Positions 1-6,983 of a stretch of DNA of 32,000 bases are shown here, in pieces. Source of the DNA: Bellilinea caldifistulae (GTDB lineage Bacteria; Chloroflexota; Anaerolineae; Anaerolineales; Anaerolineaceae); assembly GCF_001306055.1 (NCBI RefSeq), contig NZ_LGHJ01000012.1, forward strand, positions 150,001 to 182,000, written 5' to 3'. The position numbers and the translations under genes are program-made. Within the stretch, counting starts at the first letter, position 1. The number at the start of each line of letters is the position of its first letter. The notes under the pieces are model-generated. The model was not told the DNA's origin, did not search any database, and saw nothing but the letters and a program-made list of their open reading frames with translations.

Positions 1-307
1 TTTCGGTGAGAGTCGGAGTACGGGTCGGCGGCACAAATGGCGTAAACGTCTGGGTTGGCGTCCACGTTTGGGTTGGGGTCGGCGTAAATGTGTCGCTCGG
101 CAGGATGAAAAATGTGGGGGTCAGGGTGGGAGGTTGGGGCGGTTCAGCCGTATTGGTAAGCGTGACCGTCGGGGTTGGCGTTGGCTCAGGCACATTCCCG
201 TTGAGCTGCAGAATAAAAAACCCCAAGCAATAGCAGGGTATGGTTGCCAGTATGATAAAAACCAGAATGGATCGGATCCGAGTGCGGCGTTCGGCGCGAA
301 AGGCCAT
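1..307 (-). CDS. Partial CDS (truncated by the window edge): membrane-anchored Pro/Thr-rich protein, function unknown
   Basis: Hand translation of the minus strand from ATG 307-305 gives MAFRAERRTRIRSILVFIILATIPCYCLGFFILQLNGNVPEPTPTPTVTLTNTAEPPQPPTLTPTFFILPSDTFTPTPTQTWTPTQTFTPFVPPTRTPTLTE, open to position 1. There is an in-frame stop upstream at 349-347. The layout is a basic N-terminus, one hydrophobic helix, then a PT-rich linker. It is missing from the ORF track because it has no stop inside the window. Confidence 0.55.
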   Translation of the reverse strand, partial: MAFRAERRTRIRSILVFIILATIPCYCLGFFILQLNGNVPEPTPTPTVTLTNTAEPPQPPTLTPTFFILPSDTFTPTPTQTWTPTQTFTPFVPPTRTPTLTE

Positions 308-378
308 CCAGAAGTTCTCCCAGTACTCCTCGATAATATCACGGCCTTATGGATGTGGCAAGTCGAGTAACGGACAAG

Positions 379-1206
379 TCAGCGGCGTTCATCCGGCATG
401 GGATTCAACTGGGTCGTTTGCATCTCCTTGCGGACGGTTTGGTAAAGGTTCTCGGCTTTCAACTCCCCAATCGTGTAGCAGGGTGCTTGCAGTTGATCGG
501 CCAGGGCCTGCGCCAGTCCCTGATCAAACGCCACATGCTCCATGTTGATGACCACACTGTGGATGTGTTCCTCGGCAATCTGCCGGGCAATTCGATAGGC
601 TTCTTCATGGGGCGGAAGCTTGCCCATTGAAACATTCCCGGCGCCATCGGTGAGGACGATCAGCAGCGGCATCACATCGGGATGCAGCATCCGTTCGCGC
701 ATCAGCACATCGTAAGCCAGTTTCAGGCCGGCCGAAAGCGGCGTCTTGCCTCCTACCGGAATATCGGCAAGTGCCCGCTGTGCCAGCGTAACCGAATTGG
801 TGGGTGGCAGAACCAGCGTGGCGCGGTCTTTCTGGAAAACGATCAACCCGACCCGATCACGACGCTGGTAAGCATCCGTCAAGAGGGAAAGGATGGCTCC
901 CTTGGTCGCCTGCATCCGCTCCGCCACCGCCATAGACCACGAGGCATCCACCAGAAAGAGGATTAAGTTTGCCGCCCGGCGCACCCGCACTTTGCGCATG
1001 TAATCGCTGGGGCGCACCGAAAAAGCCACTCTCTGCCGGTCTTCCTCACGTTCCCGCTGATGGGGAGCAGCCGCCCGTAAAGTAGCATCAAAAGCCAGAT
1101 CATCAGCCTTGCCATAAGAAGGCCGCGATTGGATATAACGGCCGCGTTTTCTTTCGGTGCGGGTACGTGACCGACGCCCGGCAAAACGACGCACCATTTT
1201 ATCCAA
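379..1206 (-). CDS. VWA (von Willebrand A) domain segment of ChlD/BchD C-terminal type. This is the conventional ORF call; it is probably the 3' part of a frameshifted chlD-type gene.
   Basis: MIDAS motif DASWSM (DxSxS) and LTDGAGN are present, in a ChlD/BchD/CobT-like VWA layout. The TTG at 1206 is merely the first start codon in the frame. The frame is open with no ATG/GTG/TTG up to 1392 and there encodes a Pro/Glu-rich linker. Confidence 0.8.
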   Translation of the reverse strand: MDKMVRRFAGRRSRTRTERKRGRYIQSRPSYGKADDLAFDATLRAAAPHQREREEDRQRVAFSVRPSDYMRKVRVRRAANLILFLVDASWSMAVAERMQATKGAILSLLTDAYQRRDRVGLIVFQKDRATLVLPPTNSVTLAQRALADIPVGGKTPLSAGLKLAYDVLMRERMLHPDVMPLLIVLTDGAGNVSMGKLPPHEEAYRIARQIAEEHIHSVVINMEHVAFDQGLAQALADQLQAPCYTIGELKAENLYQTVRKEMQTTQLNPMPDERR

Positions 1207-2462
1207 GGGTGTGTCCAGCCGGCGCGGGTCGAAAGACTGACCGATTTTTACCCGCTCACCGCCATCCCACCATTGAGCGTTCTGTTTTCCAAAAATTTCT
1301 TCCGTCTGTCCGGGTTGAGGAGTTCCCTGAGGGAGCGTTTCCGGACTTTCCGCTCCCTCGTTCAGACTTTTTTTTGCTGATTCTTCTCTTCCTCAACCCT
1401 TTCAACTTCTTCGCGCCGCTGACCGGTAGAACTGGCTCCCTGTAATTGCTCAATCCGGTCTTGCAGTTCTTCCATAGTCACTTCTTCCTGAGAGAAAGGC
1501 CCGCGGCGCAGACGGTGCGGAAGCGCCAGTTCTGCTGCCAGCGCAATATCCCGCCCGTTGATTGCCGTGCGCCCATCGAAGGCGGCCTGCGCCCGGGCGG
1601 CTTTGAGAATGACCAGATCGGCGCGGTGTCCGTCCACATTCAAAGAAGCGGTCAATTGAGCAATTGAAAGCAGATCGCGACTGGTATAACCAACCTGATC
1701 AATCAACCGGCGAGCGCGTTCAATCTGGCGGGAGAGTTCTTCCTCTTTTGGCAGCCACTGCTGACGGAATTTTTCGGGATCGGCTTCAAAAGCCAGATTG
1801 CGTTCCATGATCTGCACCCGTTCGCGCGCATCCCGGATACCGTATATCTCTACGGAAAGGGCAAACCGATCCAGCAGTTGCGGGCGTAAATCACCCTCTT
1901 CGGGGTTCATCGTCCCCACCAGAATAAAGCGGGCCGGATGGCTGAACGAGATGCCTTCGCGCTCTATGATGTTCATCCCCATGGCAGCCGAGTCGAGCAG
2001 CACATCCACCACATGGTCATCCAGCAGGTTGACCTCGTCAATGTAGAGCAGACCGCGGTTGGCAGCCGCCAGCACGCCCGGCTCGAAAGCACGCTCGCCC
2101 TTCTGAATCGCTTTCTCGATATCCAGTGTCCCAACCACTCGATCCTCGGTCGCCGAAATGGGCAGATTGACGAAGGGAGTGGCACGGGTCGCAACCGGCA
2201 GCTCCTCCCCACGAGCGTGCCGCTCACGACATTCGGTACACCATGTAGAAGGACTATCCGGATCACAACCAAAACGGCAGTCGGCCACCACCCGCACATG
2301 CGGTAAAAGCGCTGCCAGCGCCCGTGCCGCGGTGGATTTGGCCGTGCCGCGCTCTCCGCGAATCAGAACCCCCCCGATGCGCGGATCAACCGCGTTCAAG
2401 ACCAGCGCGCGCTTCATGCGTTCCTGACCGACAATGGCAGTAAATGGGTAGATGACTGGCAT
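379..2462 (-). CDS. chlD: Predicted ~694-aa ChlD/BchD-like medium chelatase subunit (AAA+ module, Pro/acidic linker, VWA) produced by a -1 shift at 1374-1368
   Basis: The -1 frame is open from 1392 to the stop at 381-379. The junction would read ...EEKNQQKKSLNEGAESPETLPQGTPQPGQTEEIFGKQNAQWWDGGERVKIGQSFDPRRLDTPLDKMVRRF.... This architecture equals that of ChlD. The 155-nt gap between the two conventional ORFs has no start codon in the VWA frame. Confidence 0.5.
1329..1375 (-). promoter_or_regulatory. Candidate -1 programmed frameshift (or slippage) cassette: A8 run with heptamer A_AAA_AAA, 8-nt spacer, 9-bp GC-rich hairpin
   Basis: The minus-strand mRNA reads CAG CAA AAA AAA GUC UGA. The heptamer at 1374-1368 is in X_XXY_YYZ register and the spacer is GUCUGAAC (1367-1360). 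The stem is GAGGGAGCG (1359-1351) paired perfectly with CGCUCCCUC (1337-1329), with a 13-nt loop. No U-tract follows, so it is not a terminator. Confidence 0.55.
1362..2462 (-). CDS. AAA+ chelatase ATPase of the ChlI/BchI family (zero-frame product, 366 aa)
   Basis: The N-terminus YPFTAIVGQERMKRALVLNAVDP is typical of ChlI/BchI. Walker A is GERGTAKST and Walker B is LLYIDEVNLLDDH. There is a Cys-rich insert CRFGCDPDSPSTWCTEC and a Lys/Glu-rich tail ending on the A8 run. Confidence 0.85.
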   Translation of the reverse strand: MPVIYPFTAIVGQERMKRALVLNAVDPRIGGVLIRGERGTAKSTAARALAALLPHVRVVADCRFGCDPDSPSTWCTECRERHARGEELPVATRATPFVNLPISATEDRVVGTLDIEKAIQKGERAFEPGVLAAANRGLLYIDEVNLLDDHVVDVLLDSAAMGMNIIEREGISFSHPARFILVGTMNPEEGDLRPQLLDRFALSVEIYGIRDARERVQIMERNLAFEADPEKFRQQWLPKEEELSRQIERARRLIDQVGYTSRDLLSIAQLTASLNVDGHRADLVILKAARAQAAFDGRTAINGRDIALAAELALPHRLRRGPFSQEEVTMEELQDRIEQLQGASSTGQRREEVERVEEEKNQQKKV

Positions 2463-2600
2463 GTTCTTAAGAATTTCCTTTTTTCAACAATATCCTGCAA
2501 TCTTTCCTGTGCAAGTTTATCACAAGCCGTTCAGAGAATCAAAGACAATTCGTAGAGGGTACAGCAATTCCATGTCCATAGCGACGTTTAAACAAGAGAA

Positions 2601-2625
2601 AGCACCAGTTTTATGCTCTGGTGCT
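2601..2625 (-). terminator. Candidate intrinsic terminator downstream of arsC
   Basis: Perfect 8-bp stem agcaccag (2601-2608) / ctggtgct (2618-2625) with a 9-nt loop, 22 nt after the arsC stop. On the minus-strand RNA the hairpin is followed by UUCUCUUGUUU. Confidence 0.4.
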
Positions 2626-2646
2626 GAACAAGCCAAAAGCTATGAT

Positions 2647-3081
2647 CTAGTTAACCGGAATGTTCATTTCCTTCAGCCACTCGCGCACCCGCGCATCAAT
2701 TTGATCGCGTATTTCCCGAAATTTTTGCAGGGTTTCCTCCTCGCTACCAACAAACGCTGCCGGGTCTTCAAACGGCCAGTGCATCCGCATTCCCATGCCC
2801 GGAAAAATCGGGCAATTTTCCTCGGCGTTGCTGCATACGGTAATCAAATAGCCAAAATGAACTTTACCCATAAAAGTATCCAGGGTTTTGGAGTAATGCT
2901 GGCTGGTATCTACCCCAATTTCTTCCAAAACTTTGACCGTGTAGGGATTCAATCCCTTCGGCTCTAAACCGGCACTATAGACTTCAAAATGATCCCCGGC
3001 GTATTTACGCAACAAAGCCTCGGCCATCTGGCTGCGTGCTGAATTACCTGTACATAAAAACAGGACTCTCGCTTTGCTCAT
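2647..3081 (-). CDS. arsC: Arsenate reductase, thioredoxin-coupled LMW-PTP type
   Basis: P-loop CTGNSARS (CX5R-S) near the N-terminus, plus the downstream Cys pair in VCSNAEENCP. Together these correspond to the three catalytic/relay cysteines of Bacillus/Staphylococcus ArsC. Length is 144 aa. Confidence 0.8.
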   Translation of the reverse strand: MSKARVLFLCTGNSARSQMAEALLRKYAGDHFEVYSAGLEPKGLNPYTVKVLEEIGVDTSQHYSKTLDTFMGKVHFGYLITVCSNAEENCPIFPGMGMRMHWPFEDPAAFVGSEEETLQKFREIRDQIDARVREWLKEMNIPVN

Positions 3082-3208
3082 CGTTACCTCTTTTGACGAA
3101 TACGGAATAAGGTTTATTCAAAACTTTTTAACCAGAATAACATAAACCACCAGCGATTTGATTAAAAAGGGTATAACATTCCTTTATTGGACGATTAAAA
3201 AGCAGAGG

Positions 3209-4459
3209 TCAAGGGCATTGAATTAACCCCTGCGCCCACAGGCAGCCCCCGCAGGCTGGCTGGGTATTACCAAAACAATCCTCTAAATTTTGATCGGCCA
3301 TTTCACAGGCATTGCAAACGACACAGGGAGCAAAATCAAAAGTCAGCAAACGCCGACGCAAATCCATGTAAATCGGGTCTCGCCAGATTGCAGCAAGACT
3401 CTGCGTGGTTAAATCCCCACAAAAATAAGCCGTGGATCGGCGCAGATGATCATCCAGGTAGCTGTCATGGGTATGCAGCAGTGAAAGGCAGGGACTGACC
3501 TTACCATCCCATCGCACGGAAAGACTGCCCTTATCTATGAACGGACAACGATTACCCGTCCGCAACGGATTCAAACCGCTAACTTCCACTCGAAACCCAT
3601 CCTGAATTGCCGCGGCTAAGGATTGCTGCACTTCCGGCGGGAAATCCGCTCGCGGCAGGTTGATAACCGGCAGCAGACTGGCTTTCTGCGCTTCTGGTTC
3701 ATACTGGGCACGATCATACAGCGACTCTCTGCGTAAATCGCGGGTGTGTGCCAGCACATTGCTGATCGAAAAGCAGGCCGCACCCAACTCGCGCCCCAAT
3801 TCGAGTAAGCGGGGCAGTTCATGGATATTGCGGCGCATGGCCACAAAAGCGATTCCCAATTGAGTGACTGCTCGGCTTTCCTGCCGCAGTTGATGAAAAC
3901 GACGCAAATGGCTCAAAATCTGTTCAAGTGCATCGCCCAACCGCACATCCATGTAAGCCTGCGGAGTGGCCCCATCCAGTGAAACCCACAGCACATTGAC
4001 CCCCGTATCCAGTAAAGCCCGGCAGGCACTTTCTCCCAGCAAGGTACCGTTGGTGATGATCTCCACCTCTGCACCGATTGAGCGAGCTTCGGCAATCATC
4101 TCAAAAATGCGGGGGTGGGCAAGCGGTTCTCCATATCCGCCGAAATAGAGGGTTGGGCGGGGGTAAAAAGTCTCCACCCCTTCCAACAATCGTTCAAAAA
4201 TCTCTTGGCTCATAAAACCGGCCGCTTCGTCCCATACATTTCGAACGCAGGTACGGCATTGCAAATTGCACACATTGGTCACCTCCACATAGACCCGTTC
4301 CAGAAATGTAACCGGCCGATAGAGAATGAGCTCCCGTCCGTTTTCTTCCAAGATGGTCTGTTCACCGGCCTGTAAACCGAACCGCTCAGCAACCGCCGCA
4401 GGAATTTCCAGTTTCCCCTCCCGATTCACCCGCACCCAATAGCGCTTTTGACTCATCAA
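3209..4459 (-). CDS. Radical SAM enzyme with a C-terminal SPASM-type Cys cluster domain and an N-terminal SpoVT/AbrB-like domain
   Basis: The CX3CX2C motif is in VTNVCNLQCRTCVRN and the GGE-type motif is GGYGEPLAHP. C-terminal Cys clusters are CPFIDKG...VSPC and CVVCNACEMADQNLEDC...CGGCLWAQGLIQCP. The N-terminus KLEIPAAVAERFGLQAGEQTILEENGRELILYRP resembles an AbrB swapped-hairpin. The first codon is TTG (4459), with ATG at 4456. Confidence 0.85.
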   Translation of the reverse strand: MMSQKRYWVRVNREGKLEIPAAVAERFGLQAGEQTILEENGRELILYRPVTFLERVYVEVTNVCNLQCRTCVRNVWDEAAGFMSQEIFERLLEGVETFYPRPTLYFGGYGEPLAHPRIFEMIAEARSIGAEVEIITNGTLLGESACRALLDTGVNVLWVSLDGATPQAYMDVRLGDALEQILSHLRRFHQLRQESRAVTQLGIAFVAMRRNIHELPRLLELGRELGAACFSISNVLAHTRDLRRESLYDRAQYEPEAQKASLLPVINLPRADFPPEVQQSLAAAIQDGFRVEVSGLNPLRTGNRCPFIDKGSLSVRWDGKVSPCLSLLHTHDSYLDDHLRRSTAYFCGDLTTQSLAAIWRDPIYMDLRRRLLTFDFAPCVVCNACEMADQNLEDCFGNTQPACGGCLWAQGLIQCP

Positions 4460-4500
4460 AGGTCAACACTCCGTAAAAAAATATTCAATAGCACGAATAA

Positions 4501-4530
4501 ATTATACGAAAAAGGCCTACCCCTTGTCCA
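4501..4530 (-). promoter_or_regulatory. Candidate sigma-70-type promoter for the radical SAM gene
   Basis: On the minus strand: -35 TGGACA (4530-4525), 18-nt spacer, perfect -10 TATAAT (4506-4501). It lies about 45 nt upstream of the start codon. Confidence 0.4.
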
Positions 4531-4559
4531 TTGACATAAAGACGGATAAGATTGATAAA
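4531..4559 (+). promoter_or_regulatory. Candidate sigma-70-type promoter for the hom operon
   Basis: Perfect -35 TTGACA (4531-4536), 17-nt spacer, weak -10 GATAAA (4554-4559). The SD GGGAGA is at 4573-4578 and the ATG at 4583. Confidence 0.35.
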
Positions 4560-4582
4560 AATCACAAAAACAGGGAGATGCC

Positions 4583-5617
4583 ATGAAACAGGTAGCGCTG
4601 GCTTTAGTCGGTTTTGGGAATGTTGGACAGGCTTTTGCCCGTCTGCTGCTGGAAAAAGAACAGCAAATCGCCCAGCAGTTCGGTTATCAGTTCATTGTCA
4701 CCGGCATCGTTACCGGCCGTCACGGCAGTGCCATCAGTTCCGGCGGCATCAGCCTGACGCGGGCGCTGGAAGTGATCAGCCGTGGTCAATCGCTGGACAT
4801 CCTCTCCGAAATGCCGGCTCCCAAAAACACCCTCGATTTTCTGTTTGCCAGTTCCGCCGAAGCCATGCTGGAAACCTCACCGGTCAACCACCACACCGGC
4901 CAGCCGGCAATTGATCACATCAAAGCCGCCCTGGACAAAGGCATGCACGCCATCACTGCCAACAAAGGGCCGGTGGTGCATGCCTATCAAGAATTGATGG
5001 ACATGGCCGCCACCCGCGGCAAGCGCTTCTTGTTTGAAGCGGCCGTCATGGACGGCGCTCCTATCTTTTCGCTGTTCCGCGGGCCTTTACCATGCATCGA
5101 GGTTCACGGGTTTCAGGGCATTCTCAACTCCTGCACCAATTTCATCCTCGGCCTGATGGAAAACGGCAAAACATTCGATGAAGCCGTCCGCGAGGCTCAG
5201 GCAATTGGCATCGCCGAAACCGATCCATCGGCGGATATTGACGGCTGGGACGCTGCCATAAAGGTTGCTGCGCTCAGCACCGTGGTGCTTGGCATCCCTC
5301 TCAAACCTCAGCAGGTTGAACGCAGCAGCATCCGCGAAATTACCCCCGCCATGATCAGCGAAGCTCGTCAGGCTGGCGAACGTTGGAAGGTGGTCTGCAC
5401 TGCGCGGCGCAAAGGCAAAGAATTGCTGGAAGCCTCGGTTAAACCTCAGCGCGTCTCGGCCGGTAGTCCCCTGTTTGCCATCAACGGTACCAGTTCCTAC
5501 GTGGAATTTCACTCCGATGTACTGCCCGGCCTGGGGATCGTCGAAAACAATCCCGGCCCGAACACCACCGCATACGGCTTGCTGGCCGACCTGATCAACG
5601 CACTGCGCGGGCAATGA
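4583..5617 (+). CDS. hom: Homoserine dehydrogenase family protein (no ACT domain)
   Basis: N-terminal Rossmann motif LVGFGNVGQ. Motifs ITANKGP, FEAAVMDGAPIF, GILNSCTNFILGLM and AQAIGIAETDPSADIDGWDAAIKVAAL match the homoserine dehydrogenase catalytic domain. Confidence 0.8.
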   Translation: MKQVALALVGFGNVGQAFARLLLEKEQQIAQQFGYQFIVTGIVTGRHGSAISSGGISLTRALEVISRGQSLDILSEMPAPKNTLDFLFASSAEAMLETSPVNHHTGQPAIDHIKAALDKGMHAITANKGPVVHAYQELMDMAATRGKRFLFEAAVMDGAPIFSLFRGPLPCIEVHGFQGILNSCTNFILGLMENGKTFDEAVREAQAIGIAETDPSADIDGWDAAIKVAALSTVVLGIPLKPQQVERSSIREITPAMISEARQAGERWKVVCTARRKGKELLEASVKPQRVSAGSPLFAINGTSSYVEFHSDVLPGLGIVENNPGPNTTAYGLLADLINALRGQ

Positions 5618-6255
5618 GCGAAGCCTACTGGTTCGGCGGTTTCCGGCTGGAAAAGCCCGCTGAATTGCCGGACGCCTTGCAAGGGCTGGGATTTCAACCG
5701 GGCTGGATCGAGGAAATTCACTGGGTCAACGCCTTAAATCCTCCCGATCAGACCTTGTTTCATTCCATCACTCTCTTTGAATGGCCTCGTCTCAGCCATC
5801 CGCTGCGACTGCTACACTTGCTTTTGAACGAATTAATCCACGCTCAACGTCATACCCTCCTGTGGGTTGAAAGGGACTCGCACAACCACCTCCGCGCGGC
5901 TGTGCTGGGCAGCCCGGTCACCGTTGGCCGGTTCAATCTGCCGCCCCAATACCGCCTTCTGCCACTGCCGCCCGCCAGTGGAAATTGGCCAAAAATGCTC
6001 GCCTTCTGGCAGTCGCATCTGAACCTGCAAGCCGAAATCCAAACCGCTCCCAACTGGCTGATTTATCCACCCGCGGCTGAGGCCGCAATACAGATCTCCT
6101 TTCCCCATGCAGAGCGCATCCTACCCCCGTATTCGGATACCTGTATCGAACAGTTGGCAGCCGGACTGGAAACCGCCCGTTCCCTTTCGGCTGGTGAGGG
6201 GTTATGGATAGATGAAAGACCGCCTCATCTGGCGTTATTTATCGAAAGAAGATGA
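5614..6255 (+). CDS. Hypothetical protein, 213 aa, no recognisable motif
   Basis: The ORF has ATGA start/stop overlaps with both neighbours (5614-5617 with hom, 6252-6255 with folK), which argues for real translation within the operon. Confidence 0.6.
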   Translation: MSEAYWFGGFRLEKPAELPDALQGLGFQPGWIEEIHWVNALNPPDQTLFHSITLFEWPRLSHPLRLLHLLLNELIHAQRHTLLWVERDSHNHLRAAVLGSPVTVGRFNLPPQYRLLPLPPASGNWPKMLAFWQSHLNLQAEIQTAPNWLIYPPAAEAAIQISFPHAERILPPYSDTCIEQLAAGLETARSLSAGEGLWIDERPPHLALFIERR

Positions 6256-6953
6256 GATTGAAACAGGTTTTTCTGGCTTTGGGAACTAATTTAGGCGACC
6301 GGCTGCACAATTTGCAGCAGGCAATCTTCCAACTGCCTCCGGCTGTACTGCCCCTCCGCGCCTCACAGGTTTATGAAACTCCCCCGTGGGGAATTGAAGA
6401 CCAACCCCGTTTCCTGAACATGGTCATTGAAACGGCAACAGCCCTGCCGCCAGTGGAGTTATTAAACTACCTGAAAACTTTGGAAAAACGACTGGGGCGG
6501 GTTGAGAATGTGCGGTACGGACCGCGCCTGATTGACATGGACATCCTGTTTTATGAGGATCAAGTTCTCTCGGAGGAGACGCTTCAAATCCCCCATCCCC
6601 GTCTGCACGAACGCTCCTTCGTTTTGCTCCCGCTGAACGACCTCATTCCCGGTTTTCAACACCCGCTCCTGAAGAAAACCATCACGGCTTTGTTGAAAAC
6701 CAGCGACCTGAGCGGGATCATCCCTCAGCCCCTGCCAGCCGGTTTTCAGTTGCTGCCCTATGACGGCTGGTACAACCTGCCAGCCGACCTGCGCGGTGCA
6801 TTGGAAGATTCCGATCGGGCGGCGGCGGCATTTTATACCCTGCCCTCTTCGCACCGCCAGCGTTGGATAAACCACATTCAGGAAGCTCGCCGGGCAGATA
6901 CCCGTTTGCATCGCATCGCAAAAATGGTTGAATCACTCGCCGAAGGTCATTAA
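6252..6953 (+). CDS. folK: HPPK (2-amino-4-hydroxy-6-hydroxymethyldihydropterin pyrophosphokinase) fused to a C-terminal YdeI/OmdA-like domain
   Basis: HPPK motifs are ALGTNLGDR, YETPPWG, RYGPRLIDMDILFY and IPHPRLHERSFVLLPL. The C-terminal ~65 aa, LPADLRGALEDSDRAAAAFYTLPSSHRQRWINHIQEARRADTRLHRIAKMVESLAEG, match the YdeI/OmpD-associated tail pattern. Confidence 0.85.
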   Translation: MRLKQVFLALGTNLGDRLHNLQQAIFQLPPAVLPLRASQVYETPPWGIEDQPRFLNMVIETATALPPVELLNYLKTLEKRLGRVENVRYGPRLIDMDILFYEDQVLSEETLQIPHPRLHERSFVLLPLNDLIPGFQHPLLKKTITALLKTSDLSGIIPQPLPAGFQLLPYDGWYNLPADLRGALEDSDRAAAAFYTLPSSHRQRWINHIQEARRADTRLHRIAKMVESLAEGH

Positions 6954-6983
6954 TCCCCCATTGACACCCTGACGGAGCGTATC

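Noticed and set aside
6-233. 75-aa plus-strand ORF rich in Gly/Val (MRVGVRVGG...)
   Set aside because: It is the mirror image of the Pro/Thr-rich coding tract on the minus strand (ACN/CCN codons read as NGT/NGG). The minus-strand reading has a start, a TM helix and a sensible composition.
2463-2646. Looked for a cobalamin riboswitch upstream of the chelatase locus
   Set aside because: No B12-box-like GCCACTG core or obvious multi-stem structure is seen on the minus strand. Only a terminator-like hairpin (belonging to arsC) and AT-rich promoter-like sequence are present. A covariance-model search would be needed to exclude it fully.
3082-3208. Searched both intergenic regions flanking the radical SAM/SPASM gene (also 4460-4582) for a RiPP precursor ORF
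   Set aside because: Only 5-9 codon ORFs without an RBS were found, and nothing resembles a leader-core peptide.
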